Assembly (NCBI GenBank): GCA_025603075.1
Contig: MU626321.1
Location: 1-64,000, forward strand
DNA: 64,000 nt
Source: Neoconidiobolus thromboides FSU 785
Lineage: Eukaryota > Fungi > Entomophthoromycota
Direction: 5' to 3'
The notes beneath the pieces are model-generated. The model worked only from the letters and a program-made list of their open reading frames with translations, did not search any database and had not been told where the DNA came from. Of this stretch, positions 60,316-64,000 are shown one piece after another (positions within the stretch are counted from its first letter, which is position 1; each line of letters starts with the position of its first letter). The position numbers and the translations under genes are program-made.

Positions 60316-60421
60316 ATATAAGGGTATCTTTTTTGGTTTCATTACTTTCTATCTTTTAAGCGCTATTTGAGTGGAAAAATTATTAGTAGAATTCTCAAAC
60401 CTAAAAATACATCCCCCATAT
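60316..60421 (-). mobile_element. mini-TIR element, copy 17
   Basis: ATATAAGGGTAT...TAAGCGCTATTTGAGTGGAAAAATTATTAGTAGAATTCTCAAAC...ACATCCCCCATAT. Confidence 0.8.
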
Positions 60422-60741
60422 AGAAAAATTTTCATATTTGAGTTTGCTTAAAAATTATAGTACATCAGTGTTAGTACGATTTAAAGTTAAGCAGATTGTT
60501 AGTATACTTTCTGGTAAGAGATACTCAAAATATTGAAGTCATTAAAAAATCGATTTCATCATCGTTTAAGTTGATATATAGAGGACTAATAATTGGGTTA
60601 GTAGAAGGCAGTACGTTTAGTAGGTAATCTTTAATCTACAACTAATGCACATATCAGATTAAATTTAACAAAGCTTAAAAATAAACCATGAAACTAAATA
60701 CAAATATATATTATAAAAAACAACTATGAGTTTGAATTTAG

Positions 60742-60845
60742 ATATAGAGATGGAAGTTTTTTTATCTTATTGCTTACATCTTTTAAGCCCCATTTGAGCG
60801 GAAAAATCGTTAGCAAAATTCTTGAACACAAAAATACATACATAT
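60742..60845 (-). mobile_element. mini-TIR element, copy 18
   Basis: CATCTTTTAAGCCCCATTTGAGCGGAAAAATCGTTAGCAAAATTCTTGAACACAAAAATACATACATAT. Confidence 0.7.
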
Positions 60846-61323
60846 ATTACTTTCCTATCAACTTTTTATTTTTTAAACTACAAAGTGCACGTAAAATTTT
60901 AATATAATAACTTTTTGAATAAAGGTTGTTTTATGTTAGAAGTACCCTGAATATGCTTTAGCTTAAAGGCTAACAAAGCATAATATTTACAATCCTTTTA
61001 ATAAAACTATCAATAAAAGCATTGATAAAGCTAGCATTTTTCCATTTATTTTTATCAAAGTTAGCCATTTAAAGCCATCTATAAAATCTTTTTTGTCCTG
61101 TAACTATCAACTATTTAAATTACTCAAAAAAGTTACTTAATGTTTTAATTTTTATGTTGTTTATTCAATACCTATACTCATCAACTTATTTAAAACAACG
61201 ATTGTATGCTTCCTTTAGTCCTAAGATGAGGGGAGCTAAAGGATATAAACCTAAGTATAGCTCAGACACTTATTTGATCGTTTCATCTCCTAAACAAACT
61301 CTACACTTATATCCTCAAACTAT

Positions 61324-62211
61324 TTATGTTTTTTGCAGAAAAGATTTTACTTCGCCTGCAATTCCACTATGTAATGTAAGTACTAACAATCCATTGAAAA
61401 TCATTCCGAAAACAAATAAAATACTAGCAGTTGAGTTGAGTTCCTTGGCTTGTTTAAAAGAATCATCATATACATACTTGAATGTCGATTCGACAAATAA
61501 ACTGATAAGCGAAACAAGCATACATGTTACGTAGATAGCTAAGATCAAGTATACTTTAAGCGATGCCTTTTTCAAACTTGAGAACGTTTTTCCACTACCT
61601 GCTTCACTACTAGATCCTAGTTCTGCTGACACAATTTCTTTAAATTCACTAATCTCATTAGCTATACAATAGTATGAATATGATAATAATCCAACACCAA
61701 TAAAACAACTTAAAAGAGAATAATGATAAGTGACCGAAGCTAATATATTGTTTCTAACATCTAGTAAACAGCTTAGTTTTGATGATGAAATTGCAAATGA
61801 ATTTGTTGCAGCACAAGTAATTAATAGAAGTGTAAAAATAGTTAAGTTAATTATTACAGGACGATAAGCATATTCGAACAACACTGACTTTTTAATTTTT
61901 CCTAATCTTTCCATCGATAATAAAGCGTTTAAAACAATTTCGTATTGATAAATAAATAATATTATAAAACCATAAAATGAACACCCATATTGATTTTCTA
62001 TTAATTTTTGTCCTTTAATAAAATAATAGATGAGATCAGATAGCACTGCAATCGGTGCAAGAAACTCTAAAAAAGCTAAAGCCATTATCAACTTTACATC
62101 AAATCCTTTACAAGATAATTTGCTTGCAAAATAAATTAAAAATGAATTGACTATTAGACATATTGAAGTTGCGCAAATAGCTGTCAAATAAAAAGGTGTA
62201 AAGATATACAT
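61324..62211 (-). CDS. Seven-transmembrane rhodopsin-like (class A GPCR-like) receptor, intronless, 295 aa
   Basis: Seven hydrophobic segments, TM1 Asn (VNSFL), Cys at start of TM3 (GCSFYG), ER at end of TM3 (SMERL, DRY-like), ECL2 Cys (LSCLL), TM7 Asn (FNGL). Confidence 0.75.
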   Translation of the reverse strand: MYIFTPFYLTAICATSICLIVNSFLIYFASKLSCKGFDVKLIMALAFLEFLAPIAVLSDLIYYFIKGQKLIENQYGCSFYGFIILFIYQYEIVLNALLSMERLGKIKKSVLFEYAYRPVIINLTIFTLLLITCAATNSFAISSSKLSCLLDVRNNILASVTYHYSLLSCFIGVGLLSYSYYCIANEISEFKEIVSAELGSSSEAGSGKTFSSLKKASLKVYLILAIYVTCMLVSLISLFVESTFKYVYDDSFKQAKELNSTASILFVFGMIFNGLLVLTLHSGIAGEVKSFLQKT

Positions 62212-63212
62212 TAAGGCTAGATCAATTAATCAAACAAAAAAGCTTCCCTTTGTTCATATAATAGATTTTTATCTTAAAATCAATTAAAACAGAAAGCTAA
62301 AATGAAACACTACCCTTACTGGAGCAAGGATCATAAAAATAGGTTTTTACTTTTCTTATTGAAAGCTAATTTTAGCGGGTTATTCTTAATCTTATGTTTC
62401 CAATCATGTTCTTTGTAAGTTTATCACTTGTATAATGCTATAGAAATATTTACGATTATTAATTTAAGCTAATATAATCGTACCTTGTGGAAATATTTGA
62501 TAAATATCTAATATTTATTATAAGGAACATAGTAAACAATAGCGCACTTAATATAGACGATCATAAGAGATACAACTAACACAATCTTAAAAAATAAAGT
62601 TGTATTACTTTTAAAAAATAGAATCACCTTCACGAAGTTGGTAAAATTATTAGTCTGAGTGCACAATCGTTTCTTGCTTCTTGCTTTCTATCTTTACAAC
62701 TTATATGAAAATCTTACGTTTATTCCCATGGTAACTTAATTATGCTACTTTATAATCCCTCCCAGTTTTATGTTTTTACAAAATTTAGCTACAATATCCA
62801 AATGTCAATAAACAGAAAAATGACAAAAACCAAAATGCAAAGTATGAAGGTTTCAATAATATTCCCTGATATACCAATACAAATGTTAAAAATATAATTG
62901 TATTATTTATAACTATACTGACTATTGGAATAACTAATAGATTAAATGACATGTTAAGGGTTTTGTAAAGCCAAATAAGTTTTAAGTTTTTTAAATCCCA
63001 AGCTGTTGTGTTGCTTATTATGTAAAGTATTAATCGATTAAATTTATTTAATTTAGAAATTAATGTTACTCTTGAAACAAAAATAACCCTTAATGCTAGA
63101 AATTCAAAAAAGTTGGTATTAAATCATTATTCAAACTTAAGCGCATTATAGCCTCTGCAACTCTGTCACAGCTTAATTAACAGTTTATTTAATAGTAAAA
63201 CTTTGCTAGAAT

Positions 63213-63310
63213 ATATGGATGTACTTTTTTAAGAATTTTACTAACAATTTTTTCGCTCAAATGGGGGCTTAAAAGATGTAAAAAATAAACCCAAAAAAAC
63301 ACCTCCATAT
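63213..63310 (+). mobile_element. mini-TIR element, copy 19
   Basis: ATATGGATGT...TTAAGAATTTTACTAAC...CGCTCAAATGGGGGCTTAAAAGATG...ACACCTCCATAT. Confidence 0.75.
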
Positions 63311-63793
63311 AGCTAAAGGTTAGTGATTGGCCATTAAAAGACTAAAGATATATTAATGGTTCTAAAAATTAGTGCAAACAGGCTGGAATAGAGTTGTAAC
63401 AGCTGTATATCAGCCTGAAACAGACTTGAAGCTGTTTTTAAATAGCTACAATTATAGTAAAATAATTTAAAAGAACAAAAGTATATTGGGATTCTAACTT
63501 GTTTGAATCACTTTTTGATATGATTCATTAAGGGCATTTTAAAATATTGAGATTTATTGTACTTAAACCAAGACATATACTAATATTATTTTATACAACG
63601 TAAAGGCAACTTCTAACCACACTAAATTTAATCTTACATTATTCTATGCTTATTCTAATACAATAAATCTAGATAATATTTGTAATGTTATTTAACAATT
63701 ATTATCCAAATTTGATTTTAAAAATGTGATTTATGATTCATATTCAAATTCAAATTTAGTCATCTTTTCTAACTTTTTTTAACGAAAGCTTTT

Positions 63794-63895
63794 TATGGGG
63801 ATGTATTTTTAGGTTTAAGAATTTTACTACCAAATTTTCCGCTCAAACAGCGCTTAAAGAATAGAAATGATGAAGTCAAAAAAACATCCCCTTAT
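63794..63895 (+). mobile_element. mini-TIR element, copy 20
   Basis: TATGGGGATGTATTTTTAGGTTTAAGAATTTTACTAC...CCGCTCAAACAGCGCTTAAAG...ACATCCCCTTAT. Confidence 0.8.
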
Positions 63896-64000
63896 CTATA
63901 AAAATGTTTTTCTATAGTTAAGATCAATTTAATCTGACATTTTTTTATTAGTCAAATCAAAGCTTATTCACATGAAGAATATTACTTTTTATTAATATTA

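Noticed and set aside
8674-61534. Numerous 60-130 aa ORFs from the track (e.g. 8674, 10721, 11239, 16825, 19187, 27802, 34501, 44519, 46301, 49293, 56665, 57010, 59520, 61154)
   Set aside because: They overlap or are antisense to well-supported genes, or are low-complexity AT-rich chance ORFs. Many also rely on TTG/GTG starts that are inappropriate here.
3365-63895. Mini-elements as a CRISPR-like or REP/ERIC system
   Set aside because: They are dispersed rather than arrayed, have no unique spacers and no cas or REP-associated transposase gene, and the context is eukaryotic.

Overview
AT-rich eukaryotic (fungal) genomic DNA with short GT-AG introns of about 45-60 nt. The gene content and style suggest an early-diverging fungus of the Entomophthorales/Conidiobolus type (inference only). 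There are three assembly gaps (640-1524, 1856-2346, 40154-40371). After manual splicing the genes are: a Gly-Ala-Asn repeat protein (partial), a LisH-WD40 protein, a P5-type ATPase with a signal peptide and Cys-rich N-terminal domain, a 2OG-Fe(II) dioxygenase, five PAF-acetylhydrolase-like paralogs (three intact tandem, one pseudogene, one inverted), LTN1/RKR1, NOP4, ALG1, THOC1/HPR1, an Srp1-like SR protein, two complementary ASCC1-like 2H-phosphoesterase paralogs flanking a bromodomain-less Yta7/ATAD2-like AAA ATPase, a bacterial-looking intronless MFS transporter, two divergently transcribed small secreted proteins (one beta/gamma-crystallin-like and absent from the ORF track) and a rhodopsin-like 7TM receptor. 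The most striking non-coding feature is a ~105-bp element with terminal inverted repeats (ATATGGGGATGT...ACATCCCCATAT) found 20 times, always intergenic. Two copies form a perfect 72-bp-arm palindrome that ends on the start codon of the dead PAF-AH paralog. No tRNA, rRNA, CRISPR array or intact transposase was seen.
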